This document shows, one piece after another, positions 28,163-38,670 of a DNA stretch of 64,000 bases. The stretch is from Candidatus Cloacimonadales bacterium (GTDB taxonomy: Bacteria; Cloacimonadota; Cloacimonadia; Cloacimonadales; JAIOQZ01), in NCBI GenBank assembly GCA_963662655.2, contig CAXXTU010000002.1, forward strand, positions 1,792,001-1,856,000. The letters are read 5' to 3'. The notes below the pieces were generated by a model that did not search any database, was not told the DNA's origin, and saw nothing but the letters and a program-made list of their open reading frames with translations. Positions within the stretch are counted from its first letter, which is position 1. Each line of letters begins with the position of its first letter. The translations under genes were made by a program, and so were the position numbers.

Positions 28163-29331
28163 ACGGTTTCCTTTCCGCAGGCAACAATATCGAGCATCCT
28201 GTTGGCAATATCGAACTTGTCCCCGGAAATCTCGATAACATTGTCCTTCGACACAAAGTGAACCAGGGACTCTTTCTGCCCGGATACCTTTATCAGATTA
28301 CCCGCCACATAGTCCAGGCGCTTCAATTCAAGCTTCTTGCGCGCGTTTTCGACGACATCCTCGCTCTCGGCGGCAAAACCGATCAGCGTTTGGCCGGTTC
28401 TCTTGATTTCTCCCAGAGATTTCAGCACATCCTTCGTACGTTTCATCGGAAGATTCAGGTCATCCGCCTTTTTCATCTTGCCTTCGACTCGTTCGGCAAA
28501 AGTGTAGTCCGTCACCGCGGATGCCATGAACAGGATATCGCATTCCTCGAATGCGTTGTGACAGGCGTCGTACATCTGCTGCGCCGTCTCAGCTCGAATG
28601 GCATCAATATCGTACGGTACCTTGTAATCGATGTGCGCGTGAATGAGCCTGACGTCCGCTCCGCGCAAGAAAGCCGCGCGAGCCAGCGCAAGACCCATGA
28701 GACCGGAAGAGTGATTGGTGAGAAAACGCATGTCGTCAAGGTGCTCCCTGCAAGCTCCGGCCGTAACCAGAACGCGCTTACCGACCATGTCTCTGCCATG
28801 TTCGAGATAGCAACGAATCGCGAAGAGTACCTCTTCCACATCCGGGAAACGTCCCTTTCCCTCATAGCCGCAGGCAAGCCTGCCGGTATCTGGCTCCAGA
28901 ATCATCCATCCGTGGCGTCTAAGCTTCTCGAGGTTCTCCTGCACAATGGAATTGGCGTACATGTGCACGTTCATCGCCGGAACCACGAGGCGTGGTTTGT
29001 GCATGGCCAGCACGGTCGTGGAAAGCAGATCGTCGCCTATGCCTCCGGCGAGCTTCCCGATGATGTTCGCGGTCGCCGGTGCCACGACAAGCATGTCCGC
29101 CCAGTCCGCCATATCGATGTGCGCGATGGGCTCATCCAGATTGAAGGCCTCCGTCTCGACCTGATTTCTCGTAATCGCCCGGAAAACGTCCGGGGTGACG
29201 AATTTCTGGCTGTTCTTCGTCAGAATCGTCTTGACCTCGGCTCCTGCTTTGATGAGCCGGCTGGCGAGATCGATCGCCTTATATGCTGCAATACCGCCAG
29301 TTACGCCCAGCAGAATTTTGGTGTTTTTCAT
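28159..29331 (-). CDS. coaBC: Phosphopantothenoylcysteine decarboxylase/ligase
   Basis: GGIAAYK, APATAN, PAMN, LACG..GKGR, RFLTNHSSGLMG, GFAAE. Confidence 0.96.
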   Translation of the reverse strand: MKNTKILLGVTGGIAAYKAIDLASRLIKAGAEVKTILTKNSQKFVTPDVFRAITRNQVETEAFNLDEPIAHIDMADWADMLVVAPATANIIGKLAGGIGDDLLSTTVLAMHKPRLVVPAMNVHMYANSIVQENLEKLRRHGWMILEPDTGRLACGYEGKGRFPDVEEVLFAIRCYLEHGRDMVGKRVLVTAGACREHLDDMRFLTNHSSGLMGLALARAAFLRGADVRLIHAHIDYKVPYDIDAIRAETAQQMYDACHNAFEECDILFMASAVTDYTFAERVEGKMKKADDLNLPMKRTKDVLKSLGEIKRTGQTLIGFAAESEDVVENARKKLELKRLDYVAGNLIKVSGQKESLVHFVSKDNVIEISGDKFDIANRMLDIVACGKETV

Positions 29332-29653
29332 CGTAACCTCTCAAGCTATGATAGGGTTAAAAAATTGACCCGCACGAAGTTGTAAAGGAAAAACAAATGC
29401 GCTCCCACGCATTCTGAACAGGAATCTCTTTTTTCTTTATTGCGGAAATTGTTCCCATAGAACGATTTCCCAATCATTCTTTCCAGCATTTATGCCACGT
29501 GAAATTAGAAATCGTATAACCGTTTGAAAATCAATAAAATGGATTTTCCGCGATTCAAAATAATGGCTTGACAAATATTACATTCGGAATTTTTTCGTAT
29601 CGTGTCTGTTTCACTCGCTGTGAACAACACAAAAAGCCAGATACTCGATCGAG

Positions 29654-29681
29654 AAACTGACAGTTCCAGTCAGTTTTTTTT
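29654..29681 (+). terminator. Terminator in the 5' leader of the rimP-nusA operon
   Basis: aaactgac-agttcca-gtcagttt followed by ttttt, about 60 nt before rimP and downstream of TTGACA at 29568. Confidence 0.65.
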
Positions 29682-29741
29682 ATGACAAAAAGTGGATTAG
29701 AATCGAGGTTTCCGACCCGAAAAATAATGCTTGAGGTTACG

Positions 29742-30215
29742 ATGGATAAACATTTTCAAGAGCTCGAATCCCTGGCAAAGGATATCTGCCAGAAAGAGGG
29801 CGTCGCACTGTACGACATCGAGGTGAAGAACACGAGAAAAGGCATGGTTGTCGCAGTGTTCCTGACCAAGATCAATGGCGTGAAGGTGGACGACTGCGCC
29901 CGGGTCAGCAGATCGATCGAGCAGGAACTGGATCGTGTGGACCTCTTTCCCGGGAGTTATTTTCTGGAAGTCTCTTCAGCAGGACTCGAGCGTCCGCTCA
30001 AGCTGAAGAAACACTTCGTCAGCGCGATCAACGAACTGATCCGCGTCACCTGGAAGACGGACGACAAAACCTTCTCGCACGATGGCATTCTCGCCGAAGT
30101 CCGCGAGGACGATATCGTGCTCCGTGTGGACGAAGAACAGATGAATATCCCCTACAAAGAAATCCGCAAAGCCAAGACTGTTTTTGAAATGAAGAAATGC
30201 AATAAAAGTCAATGA
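29742..30215 (+). CDS. rimP: Ribosome maturation factor RimP
   Basis: VDDCARVSR, YFLEVSSAGLERPL; first gene of the nusA-infB operon. Confidence 0.93.
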   Translation: MDKHFQELESLAKDICQKEGVALYDIEVKNTRKGMVVAVFLTKINGVKVDDCARVSRSIEQELDRVDLFPGSYFLEVSSAGLERPLKLKKHFVSAINELIRVTWKTDDKTFSHDGILAEVREDDIVLRVDEEQMNIPYKEIRKAKTVFEMKKCNKSQ

Positions 30216-30228
30216 GGGAGTCAAAGCA

Positions 30229-31464
30229 ATGGCAGCAAATTTGATGGCGATAGTAAACGAGCTGGCATCGATCAAGCAGCTCGATAAAAGTAAGGTTGCA
30301 GAAATTATCAAGGAAGGGCTTCTCGTGGCGATTTCCAAAAAACTGCTCCCCGAAAACGAACTCGAGATTGTCACCAATTACGAGAAAAGCGCCGTGGTTG
30401 CTAAATTCAAGCGTCACGTAGTCGAGCAGGATTATCAGCTTGGTGAGATTTCTCTCGAAGAGGCTCGCGATCTGCATGATCCGGGCGCAGAAATTGACGA
30501 CTGGATCGAAGTGGAAATGCAGATCCACGAATTCGAGCCGAAGGTCATCAAGAACGCCCGCAAGGCGATTCAGGAGAAGATCAAGTTGCTCGAAGAAGAA
30601 CGGATCATGTTCGATTACGAGAAGCAGCACAAGCAGATCGTAACCGGTAAAATCCGCAAGGTCGATTACAACGGCTACACCGTGGACATCGGCTATGCCG
30701 ACGCGCTGCTCCCCGTTGAAGAGCAGGTTGACGACGAGTATTACAAAGTCGGCGATCTGGTGAAGGCGTATGTTCTCAACATCCGCAAGCTGAAGACCGA
30801 CGTTAGGGTCATCCTCTCGCGCACGCATCCCGAATTTGTTAAAAAGCTTTTCGAAAGTGAAATTCCCGAAGTCTTCTCCGGCGACATCGATCTTCGCAAG
30901 ATCGTCCGCGAACCTGGCCTCCGCACGAAGGTGTGCGTCTTCTCGAAAGACAAGAACATCGACCCTGCCGGAAGCTGCCTGGGACCCAAGGGTATCCGCA
31001 TCGAACAGATCCGCAAGGAACTCCACAGTGAGCAAATCGATATCGTAGTCTGGGATGACTCGCCCGAGCAGTTCATCGCCAACGCCATCGGGAACGACCT
31101 CGTGGAACGCGTGTATCTGGCGGATCGCGGAAAATTCGCCCGCGTCATCGTGAAGGAGCAGAACAAGAACCTCGCGATCGGGAAAAAGGGAAAGAACGTC
31201 AAACTGGCGGCAAAGCTGACCGAGTTCAAGCTCGATATTTACACCGAAGAAGAATTCGAAGATAAAATTTCCGAAGAACGCCGTATCACCAGCCACGTTA
31301 TCGAGCTGGACGGTATTACCACGAAGATTGCGGACATCCTCAAGGATCATGGCTACACCTCGGTGCAGGACATCCACGATGCCTCGGTGGAGGAGCTCTG
31401 CAACCTGGAGGGTATCGGAGAGAAGACCGCGATCAAACTGAAGGAATCCGCGGCGCTGTTCTAA
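30229..31464 (+). CDS. nusA: Transcription factor NusA
   Basis: S1/KH motifs LSRTHP, EIPE, REPGLRTK, AIGKKGKNVKLA; C-terminal HhH. Confidence 0.96.
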   Translation: MAANLMAIVNELASIKQLDKSKVAEIIKEGLLVAISKKLLPENELEIVTNYEKSAVVAKFKRHVVEQDYQLGEISLEEARDLHDPGAEIDDWIEVEMQIHEFEPKVIKNARKAIQEKIKLLEEERIMFDYEKQHKQIVTGKIRKVDYNGYTVDIGYADALLPVEEQVDDEYYKVGDLVKAYVLNIRKLKTDVRVILSRTHPEFVKKLFESEIPEVFSGDIDLRKIVREPGLRTKVCVFSKDKNIDPAGSCLGPKGIRIEQIRKELHSEQIDIVVWDDSPEQFIANAIGNDLVERVYLADRGKFARVIVKEQNKNLAIGKKGKNVKLAAKLTEFKLDIYTEEEFEDKISEERRITSHVIELDGITTKIADILKDHGYTSVQDIHDASVEELCNLEGIGEKTAIKLKESAALF

Positions 31465-31703
31465 TGCCGAACCGATCATCTCACGCGGGGCACGTGCCGC
31501 AGCGAACCTGCGTCGCCTGCCGGAAAAAGGCGAACAAAGAATCGTTCTTGCGTATGGTGGTTCTGGATCGGAACTTGTATTTTGATTTGACGGCGAAGCT
31601 GCCGAGACGCGGCTTTTACGTCTGCGATGACAACCAGTGCCTGGCGAAGCTGGACAACTGGTTGAAGAAGAAATTGAGAAAAGCTGATAAAGGTAAGAAG
31701 TAA
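31464..31703 (+). CDS. ylxR: YlxR/RnpM family protein
   Basis: PQRTCVACR...RGFYVC; follows nusA. Confidence 0.88.
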   Translation: MPNRSSHAGHVPQRTCVACRKKANKESFLRMVVLDRNLYFDLTAKLPRRGFYVCDDNQCLAKLDNWLKKKLRKADKGKK

Positions 31704-32020
31704 TGGATACCGGTAAGGTGGAAGAAAAGATCATAGCCCTGGTGCATTTCAGCCGCAAGGCGGGGAAACTCGCCATCGGTTACGATGCCGTGAGACGCTC
31801 GATTGAAAAAGGAAACACGCGTCTCGCGCTCATCGCGACCGATCTCGAAAAAGGGCGGCAACGCAGCATGCGCTATCTCTGCGACCAGACGAATGTTCCG
31901 CTGCGGAGCATCTCGACCAAGAAAGAGATCGGCGAAGCGCTCAACGTCCGCGACGTGGGCGTGCTTGGAGTCGAAGACATCAACCTTGCCAAAGGTATGA
32001 AAAAATATCTGGATCATTAG
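31703..32020 (+). CDS. L7Ae/L30e-family RNA-binding protein (YlxQ-like)
   Basis: RKAGKLAIG...IGEAL; lies between ylxR and infB. Confidence 0.85.
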   Translation: MDTGKVEEKIIALVHFSRKAGKLAIGYDAVRRSIEKGNTRLALIATDLEKGRQRSMRYLCDQTNVPLRSISTKKEIGEALNVRDVGVLGVEDINLAKGMKKYLDH

Positions 32021-32039
32021 GGTTCAGCCGGGAGGAAAC

Positions 32040-34535
32040 GTGGCTTTACGAGTACATGAACTGGCAAAAGAGCTAAAAATATCAACCGCTGCACTTCGGG
32101 TGCATCTGAAGGACCTTGGGGTCAATGTGAAGAGCCACATGAGCTTCATCGATGACGACATCGTGATTAAAATCAGGAAGAAGTTCCAGGATCAGATTGC
32201 AGCGATCAAGCAGCAGGAATCCGTGCGCAAGCGCTACCATCATGCGCAAAAGCAAGAGCAGGCAAAGCAGAAGAGGATCGAGAGTCCCTCCGAAGCCGCT
32301 CTGAAGCAACAACCTGAGAAGCCTCAGGCCGAGATCGTCGACGTCGACAAGGTCGAGATCGCCCGTAAGGAGATACGAACCTTCATCGAGCGCCCGATCA
32401 AGAAATCGAGCTCGCCCAAGCCGATGCCTCAACGTACCGACAGACCTCCGAGGAAAGAGGACTATAAGGATACCAGGCCATTCAAGAAAGAAGCTCACAA
32501 ACCCGCGCCTCCGAAACCCGAGCCACAAGTTCAAGTTCCGGAAACGGCCGATAAAGACAATCAGCCCAAGAAGGAAGTCAAGGACTTCACTGAGCTGGGC
32601 AAGAAGAGCAAACACCTTCAGGCCAAGCTGAAACACACGAAAAAAGGTAAAAAGCGGAAAAGCTTTGCACCGACTGAAGTCGAAGAAGCCGAAATCTCGA
32701 AAAACATCAGGCAAACTCTTGCCCAAAGCAAGAAACCGAAGAAATATCGCAAAGACGATAGACACCAGGATAATTCGGACGAGCCGAAGAAAATCACCAT
32801 CAGCGAGTTCACCTCCGTGAGCGAGCTTGCCAAACTCATGAACCTGGCGCCAACCGACATCATCGCGCAGTTCTTCAACCTTGGCCAACTCGTGACCATC
32901 AATCAGCGCCTCGACAAGGAGTCTCTGGAGATGATCTGCGACGAATTCGAGTTCGATGTCGAATTTCAGGAAGAATACGGAACCGAGATACTCGAGCAGA
33001 AGAAGGACGACGTATCCGAAGGTGAGAGGGAAGAGCGTCCGCCGGTCGTTACCATCATGGGACATGTGGACCACGGTAAAACTTCCATTCTGGACTACAT
33101 CCGCGAAGCGAACGTCATCGCCGGTGAAGCCGGCGGTATTACGCAACATATCGGCGCATACCAGGTTACGTACAACGACAAGAAGATCACCTTCATCGAT
33201 ACCCCGGGGCACGAGGCATTCAGCGCCATGCGCTCCCGTGGAGCCAACATTACCGATATCGGTATCGTGGTTGTGGCTGCCGACGACGGCGTCATGCCGC
33301 AAACGGTCGAGGCGATCGACCACGTGAAGGCCGCCGGCGTTACCATGATTGTCGCCATCAACAAGATCGACGTGCGCGACGCGAACATCGACCGCGTAAT
33401 TAACGGACTCGCCGAGCAGAAAGTATACCTGGAAGGCTACGGCGGTGAAGTTCTCTGGACAAAAACCTCTGCGAAGACGGGAGAAGGCATCGATGAACTG
33501 ATGGAATTGATCATCCTCGCGGCGGAAGTCGGAGAAATCAAGGCTAGATCCGATGTCCCCGGCAAGGGTACCGTAATCGAGGCCCAGAAAGATCCGCGCA
33601 TCGGAACGATCGTTACGGTTCTCATGCAGGAAGGATCACTTAAAAAGGCAAGCTATGTCGTGTGTGGCGCTACGTACGGACGTATCCGTAAGATCGAGAA
33701 CGAGCGCGGCAAGGAGATCAAGAAACTTCTACCGTCTGACGTCGGTGTGATCTTCGGTTTGAACGACGTCCCCAAGGCGGGTGACATTCTTAACGTCATT
33801 CAGGACGAGAAACTTGCCAAGCAAATCAGTATGGAACGTCAGCAAATCCGCCACGAACGTGAAAAATATCAGGCGCAAACCAACCTGAACAACCTTTTCC
33901 AGAAGATCAAAGAGCATAACATGACCGAGCTCAACCTGATCGTCAAGGCCGACTTCGACGGTTCGGTGGAAGCGCTTTGCGATTCCTTCGAAAAGCTCTC
34001 CAACGACGAAATCATGGTCAACATCATTCGTCGTGGCGTTGGCGGAATCGTGGAAGCGGACGTCAACCTGGCCATGAGCTCCGACGCGGTTATCATCGGT
34101 TTCCACGTGCGCCCCAACAACCAGGCGCGAAAACTTGCCGAAGACAACAACGTCGAGATCAAGCAGTATCAGGTAATCTACGACGCAATCAACGATCTCA
34201 AGATGGCGATCCATGGTATGCTCAAGCCTGAATTCAAGGAAGAGCATCTGGGCAACGCGAGAGTCAAAGAAGCCTTCCGCATCAAGAAGGTGGGAACCAT
34301 CGCCGGTTGCGCGGTGGAGAAAGGCGTCATTCGCAAGAAAGCTATCGTTCGGATATACCGTAACGACACCATGATCCACGAAGGCAAGATTTCGTCTCTC
34401 AAGCACTACGAAAACGATGTCGAAGAGATCCGCGCAGGTACGGAGTGCGGTATCGGTATCGAGAACTTCCATGATATCAAAGAAGGCGACGTCATCGAAG
34501 CCAGCATCATGGTCGAGGTGCCAAAGGAATTATAA
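32040..34535 (+). CDS. infB: Translation initiation factor IF-2
   Basis: [41 protein letters not shown]. Confidence 0.97.
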   Translation: MALRVHELAKELKISTAALRVHLKDLGVNVKSHMSFIDDDIVIKIRKKFQDQIAAIKQQESVRKRYHHAQKQEQAKQKRIESPSEAALKQQPEKPQAEIVDVDKVEIARKEIRTFIERPIKKSSSPKPMPQRTDRPPRKEDYKDTRPFKKEAHKPAPPKPEPQVQVPETADKDNQPKKEVKDFTELGKKSKHLQAKLKHTKKGKKRKSFAPTEVEEAEISKNIRQTLAQSKKPKKYRKDDRHQDNSDEPKKITISEFTSVSELAKLMNLAPTDIIAQFFNLGQLVTINQRLDKESLEMICDEFEFDVEFQEEYGTEILEQKKDDVSEGEREERPPVVTIMGHVDHGKTSILDYIREANVIAGEAGGITQHIGAYQVTYNDKKITFIDTPGHEAFSAMRSRGANITDIGIVVVAADDGVMPQTVEAIDHVKAAGVTMIVAINKIDVRDANIDRVINGLAEQKVYLEGYGGEVLWTKTSAKTGEGIDELMELIILAAEVGEIKARSDVPGKGTVIEAQKDPRIGTIVTVLMQEGSLKKASYVVCGATYGRIRKIENERGKEIKKLLPSDVGVIFGLNDVPKAGDILNVIQDEKLAKQISMERQQIRHEREKYQAQTNLNNLFQKIKEHNMTELNLIVKADFDGSVEALCDSFEKLSNDEIMVNIIRRGVGGIVEADVNLAMSSDAVIIGFHVRPNNQARKLAEDNNVEIKQYQVIYDAINDLKMAIHGMLKPEFKEEHLGNARVKEAFRIKKVGTIAGCAVEKGVIRKKAIVRIYRNDTMIHEGKISSLKHYENDVEEIRAGTECGIGIENFHDIKEGDVIEASIMVEVPKEL

Positions 34536-34551
34536 ACGCTGAGGTTTCAGT

Positions 34552-34929
34552 ATGCCAAAGATAAGGATTCAACGCCTGCAGAGCGAACTCCTGCGGCTTA
34601 TCAGTACCGTCGTCGCGTCAGAACTGCGTGATCCGCATTTCGATTCGGTTTCGTTTACCGAAGTGATCCTGAGTCCGGACATGTCTTTTCTTAAGATATA
34701 TTTCTCGATCTTCGATGAAGAACAGGCGAACATCGACGAAATTGTCAAGCGGCTCAACCGTAGCACCGGCTTTGTTAAAAGCGCTATCGCGGACGCCCAT
34801 GTCATGCGCACCATCCCCGATATCCGTTTCAACTACGACAGCACGAACGAAAGAGTTTCGCGGCTCGATCAACTGCTGGACCAGATCCAGCACGAAAGGG
34901 AAGAGCGGGAATCGCAGGATAATGGTTGA
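34552..34929 (+). CDS. rbfA: Ribosome-binding factor A
   Basis: LRDP, LSPD, RTIPDIRFNYD; follows infB. Confidence 0.92.
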   Translation: MPKIRIQRLQSELLRLISTVVASELRDPHFDSVSFTEVILSPDMSFLKIYFSIFDEEQANIDEIVKRLNRSTGFVKSAIADAHVMRTIPDIRFNYDSTNERVSRLDQLLDQIQHEREERESQDNG

Positions 34930-35899
34930 GAAGTTTGCTGCGCTGAAGAAGCATCTTCTGCAAGAAGTCTCTTCGCAAGGCTCCATCTGCATGGTCACAC
35001 ATTCCAACCCGGACGGAGACGGTCTGGCAGCTTGTCTTGCCCTACAGGATATCCTCGTTGCGAGAGGCGTCCACTCGGATATCGTGCTGGAGTACCCAGC
35101 ACCCGAGCTGTACGAATACCTGGACGGCCCCGCGCGAGCGACTACCTATGAAGATTTCATGCAATACGATCTGGTTATCCTGGTTGATTGCCACGAGCAA
35201 AAGCGCATCGGGCGCTGCGCTCCGCTGATCGACCGCGCGAAATCGCTCATTGCCATCGACCACCACACACCCGGAGAGATCATTCCCGAAGCTTATACCT
35301 GCATCGAAACGGAAATCGTGAGCGCCGGAGGAATCATCTTCAGGATGTTCGAAGACGATATCGCGGGAATGAAGAACCGGAATCGCATCGTCACCGCGAT
35401 CTACACGACCGTGATCAACGATACGGACAACTTCCAGAACTCCAACACCAACGCGGACACGTTCGAGATTTGCGCCCGACTGGCCGATCTGGGATTGCAC
35501 GCCGGCGAAACCGTGCGGCTGTTCGTTTGGTCGAAAACCGCAGCGGAAATGAGGTTGGTGGGCGAAGTCCTCTCCACCATCGAGATGCTGCACGATGGCG
35601 ATATCCTCTTCATGCACTCCACCATAGAGATGCTGAGGCAGAATATGCTTAACGGCGAAGCAACGTCGAAAATGACACGCTGGGTCAAGGGGACCAAGGG
35701 TGCAAAAGCGATTGTCTATTTCAGACAGGTTGAGGACGAAACATGGCGACTGAGTCTGCGCTCCGAGTTTGTCGATGTGGCGGTTATTGCCAGATCGCAC
35801 AACGGCGGAGGGCATGTACGGGCCGCAGGATGCACCATGCACGGAACCCTTTCACAAGTTCAACGGGAAATACAGGCGGAAATTGAAAAACAGCTCTAA
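34922..35899 (+). CDS. nrnA: DHH/DHHA1 oligoribonuclease/pAp phosphatase
   Basis: HSNPDGD, IDHH, DT.NF, SLRS, GGGH..AAG. Confidence 0.9.
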   Translation: MVEKFAALKKHLLQEVSSQGSICMVTHSNPDGDGLAACLALQDILVARGVHSDIVLEYPAPELYEYLDGPARATTYEDFMQYDLVILVDCHEQKRIGRCAPLIDRAKSLIAIDHHTPGEIIPEAYTCIETEIVSAGGIIFRMFEDDIAGMKNRNRIVTAIYTTVINDTDNFQNSNTNADTFEICARLADLGLHAGETVRLFVWSKTAAEMRLVGEVLSTIEMLHDGDILFMHSTIEMLRQNMLNGEATSKMTRWVKGTKGAKAIVYFRQVEDETWRLSLRSEFVDVAVIARSHNGGGHVRAAGCTMHGTLSQVQREIQAEIEKQL

Positions 35900-36749
35900 T
35901 GGCTTGCTGCTGATCGATAAACCTACCGGAATCACCTCGTTCGATGTCATCAGGAAGCTGCGCAAGATCACCGGTATCAAGAAGATGGGCCACACCGGCA
36001 CACTCGATCCCTTTGCGTCCGGCCTGCTGCCCATCCTGGTAGGAAAAGCCACTCGGCTCAGTTCCCTGATCACCCACACGCAGAAATCATATCGCGCCGT
36101 CCTGAAACTGGGCGAGCGAACCACCACCGGCGATCCCGAAGGCGAAGTCGTAGAGAACAGCGACATTCCGGAAGATATTCTTGTCCACATGAGCGATCTC
36201 ACCGAAAGGATTCTCGCGATCGAAAACCAGACTCCGCCGGCTTATTCCGCCATCAAGGTGAACGGTAAACGCGCGTACGAACTGGCGCGCGCCAATCAGG
36301 ACGTCGAGCTGAAATCACGCCCCGTTAAGATCATCCGTTTCGAAGTGGAGAAGGTTGATCTTCCCTACCTCACCTACGTCGCAGAGGTTAGCGCAGGCAC
36401 GTACATCCGCGTCCTGAGCGAAACGATTGCCGAAATACTGGGAACTGTCGGCATGAGCCAGGAGCTGCGCAGGCTCTCCATCGGATCCACGAAAATCGAG
36501 AACGCAATCAGCCTGAGCGACCTGACGCCGGACAACTGGCGGGAACATCTCCAATCACCCCTCGCGATGATTGAGGATATTCCCGTTGTCCGCCCCGAAC
36601 CTGATTCCCGCGAGGCGTTTTCCCACGGGAATCCCGTTTCGATCGACGCCCCCGACTGCGATCGAGCCATCGCGGCAATCGACGGAGAAATCTGGGGTAT
36701 TGGGAAAATCATTGACAGGCAATTTTATCCGGCGAGCGTTTTGCTATGA
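35883..36749 (+). CDS. truB: tRNA pseudouridine(55) synthase (start approximate)
   Basis: IDKPTGITS, GHTGTLDPFASG, PPAYSAIKVNG, SAGTYIR. Confidence 0.95.
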   Translation: MKNSSNGLLLIDKPTGITSFDVIRKLRKITGIKKMGHTGTLDPFASGLLPILVGKATRLSSLITHTQKSYRAVLKLGERTTTGDPEGEVVENSDIPEDILVHMSDLTERILAIENQTPPAYSAIKVNGKRAYELARANQDVELKSRPVKIIRFEVEKVDLPYLTYVAEVSAGTYIRVLSETIAEILGTVGMSQELRRLSIGSTKIENAISLSDLTPDNWREHLQSPLAMIEDIPVVRPEPDSREAFSHGNPVSIDAPDCDRAIAAIDGEIWGIGKIIDRQFYPASVLL

Positions 36750-37678
36750 TCGACTTTCGCGGAGACTACCAATTGCTCACCCACCCGGTGGTTACGACCG
36801 GGACTTTCGACGGCATCCATCTGGGCCACAGGAAAATCCTGGAGGAAACCGTTCGCATCGCACGGGAAAACAACGGTGAATCGGTTGTGATTACCTACTT
36901 CCATCACCCGCTGGAAATCCTGCACGACAAGACCTTCCCCTACCTGCTTACAGAAAAGCATCGCAAGGAGCAACTCCTGCGGGAGATCGGCATCGATTGC
37001 GTGGGTTACCTGAACTTCGATAGCAGCATGGCGCAGATGAGTCCCATCGATTTCCTGCGAAAGGTTCTCGTCGATACCGTCCGTTCAAAGGATATCGTTG
37101 TAGGCTACGACACCCACTTCGGGCGGGGTAGAGAGGGGAATTACCGTTTTCTTGCCGACCACCAGGATGAGTTCGGGTATAAGACCCACCTGGTGGAACC
37201 GCTGTGCATCGGCGGAGAGGTGGTTAGCAGCAGCCGGATTCGCGAGCAGATACGGCGCGGAGAGGTCGACAAGGCGAAGGAGCTGATCGGAAGAAGCTAC
37301 ACGCTTCTGGGTATCGTGATTTCCGGAAAACGCATCGGGCGCGAGCTCGGTTTTCCCACCATCAACATCATGCCTCTCGACGAGCACAAGCTCATCCCAG
37401 GCACCGGCGTTTACATCACCCGGACAACCCTTCACGGCAAGACGTGGAATTCCCTGACCAACATCGGGACGAACCCCTCCGTGAAGACCGACGACCACCT
37501 TCAGATCGAAACGCACCTGCTCAATTTTACCGGGAACCTTTACGGGAAGAAAGTCGGAATCGAATTTCTGTCACGCATCAGAGACGAGGTGTTCTTTGAC
37601 TCGCGCGACAAACTCATCGAAGCAATACGAAGGGATGTGGAGTTCGCGAAAGATTTTTTCGCGCTGGAGAATGCATGA
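36746..37678 (+). CDS. ribF: Bifunctional riboflavin kinase/FAD synthetase
   Basis: GTFDGIHLGH, SSSRIR, GRELGFPTIN, ETHLL. Confidence 0.95.
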   Translation: MIDFRGDYQLLTHPVVTTGTFDGIHLGHRKILEETVRIARENNGESVVITYFHHPLEILHDKTFPYLLTEKHRKEQLLREIGIDCVGYLNFDSSMAQMSPIDFLRKVLVDTVRSKDIVVGYDTHFGRGREGNYRFLADHQDEFGYKTHLVEPLCIGGEVVSSSRIREQIRRGEVDKAKELIGRSYTLLGIVISGKRIGRELGFPTINIMPLDEHKLIPGTGVYITRTTLHGKTWNSLTNIGTNPSVKTDDHLQIETHLLNFTGNLYGKKVGIEFLSRIRDEVFFDSRDKLIEAIRRDVEFAKDFFALENA

Positions 37679-38670
37679 GAGCTTTCCTTATCGCCCTGAT
37701 CAAATCGTTCCGCGAGTGCTATGTGTTTTCTCGCGAGCAGGGCTGGAAATCTTCACTGCTTCTGACGCTCAGCGGATTGTTCAATGGCTGGAACGGCTTT
37801 CAATTCCTCTTTTTCGGTAGCTTCACCTTTGTCTTTGTGAATCGCTTGAGCTTTTTCCGCTGGTTCTTTCAGCTTTCCTACGATGTCCCCTATTTCATAC
37901 CCATTACCCTGTTCTACTTTGTCACAGTCATGCTCGTATTCTGGTTCTTGCACTGCGTTGGAGAAATCTTCCTGAACGCAGTCCTGATGCGGAAAACCAT
38001 GTCGCTCGGTCTGACTGTCAAGCTGTCGATCAACTTCGCGATCCCGGGATTGCTGACGATCCTATTCTTCTTCTTCCTGGCGGGGATCATCTGGAACGGC
38101 ATCTACATCGGATATCGCTTCGCGCTCTCGATGGGAATCAATCAGGACATCTCCTTCTGGCGGTGGGGAATCTACCTCGGAGCGGTAGCGCTGCTCTTCT
38201 CCATGTACTTTATGACCATCGTTACGGATCTGGTTATTCCGTTCATGATGAAGGGACAATCGTACAGCAAAGCGATGCTGCGAACGGTTCGATTGCTGCG
38301 GAGCAACACATACGAATTCATGGGGATCTATTCGCTGCGCATCCTCTCGGTACTGCTATCCACGGTAGTGTATATCTTTTTCTTCCGGTATGTGCTGTTC
38401 CGGCTGATGGTGTATATCTCTCCCGACTACTATTTCAATCCGCTGATCGTTCTGCGCGACATGTCAACCTTGCAGGATTCACTTTTCAACACAGGTGTGC
38501 TCAGCTTGTTCATGATCTTCTGTCTGGTTGTCGGAATCCCCTTTTTCCTGCCGTGCTATTTACTCCACAAGCTTTTGCTGGATAAAATGATAAACTTCCC
38601 CATTTTTCAAGACCCCACCCCAAACTCTCCGGAAAAGGATGAACACGATGGACCAGTTTGTTTGCAATGA
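37675..38670 (+). CDS. Hypothetical polytopic membrane protein
   Basis: Multiple hydrophobic segments; overlaps ribF and radA. Confidence 0.75.
   Translation: MRAFLIALIKSFRECYVFSREQGWKSSLLLTLSGLFNGWNGFQFLFFGSFTFVFVNRLSFFRWFFQLSYDVPYFIPITLFYFVTVMLVFWFLHCVGEIFLNAVLMRKTMSLGLTVKLSINFAIPGLLTILFFFFLAGIIWNGIYIGYRFALSMGINQDISFWRWGIYLGAVALLFSMYFMTIVTDLVIPFMMKGQSYSKAMLRTVRLLRSNTYEFMGIYSLRILSVLLSTVVYIFFFRYVLFRLMVYISPDYYFNPLIVLRDMSTLQDSLFNTGVLSLFMIFCLVVGIPFFLPCYLLHKLLLDKMINFPIFQDPTPNSPEKDEHDGPVCLQ

Noticed and set aside
30046..31776. 576-aa antisense ORF over nusA, and similar long shadow ORFs (1338-2597, 27970-29385, 32082-33323, 56613-58118)
   Set aside because: They lie opposite well-supported genes and have no recognisable motifs; expected from codon bias
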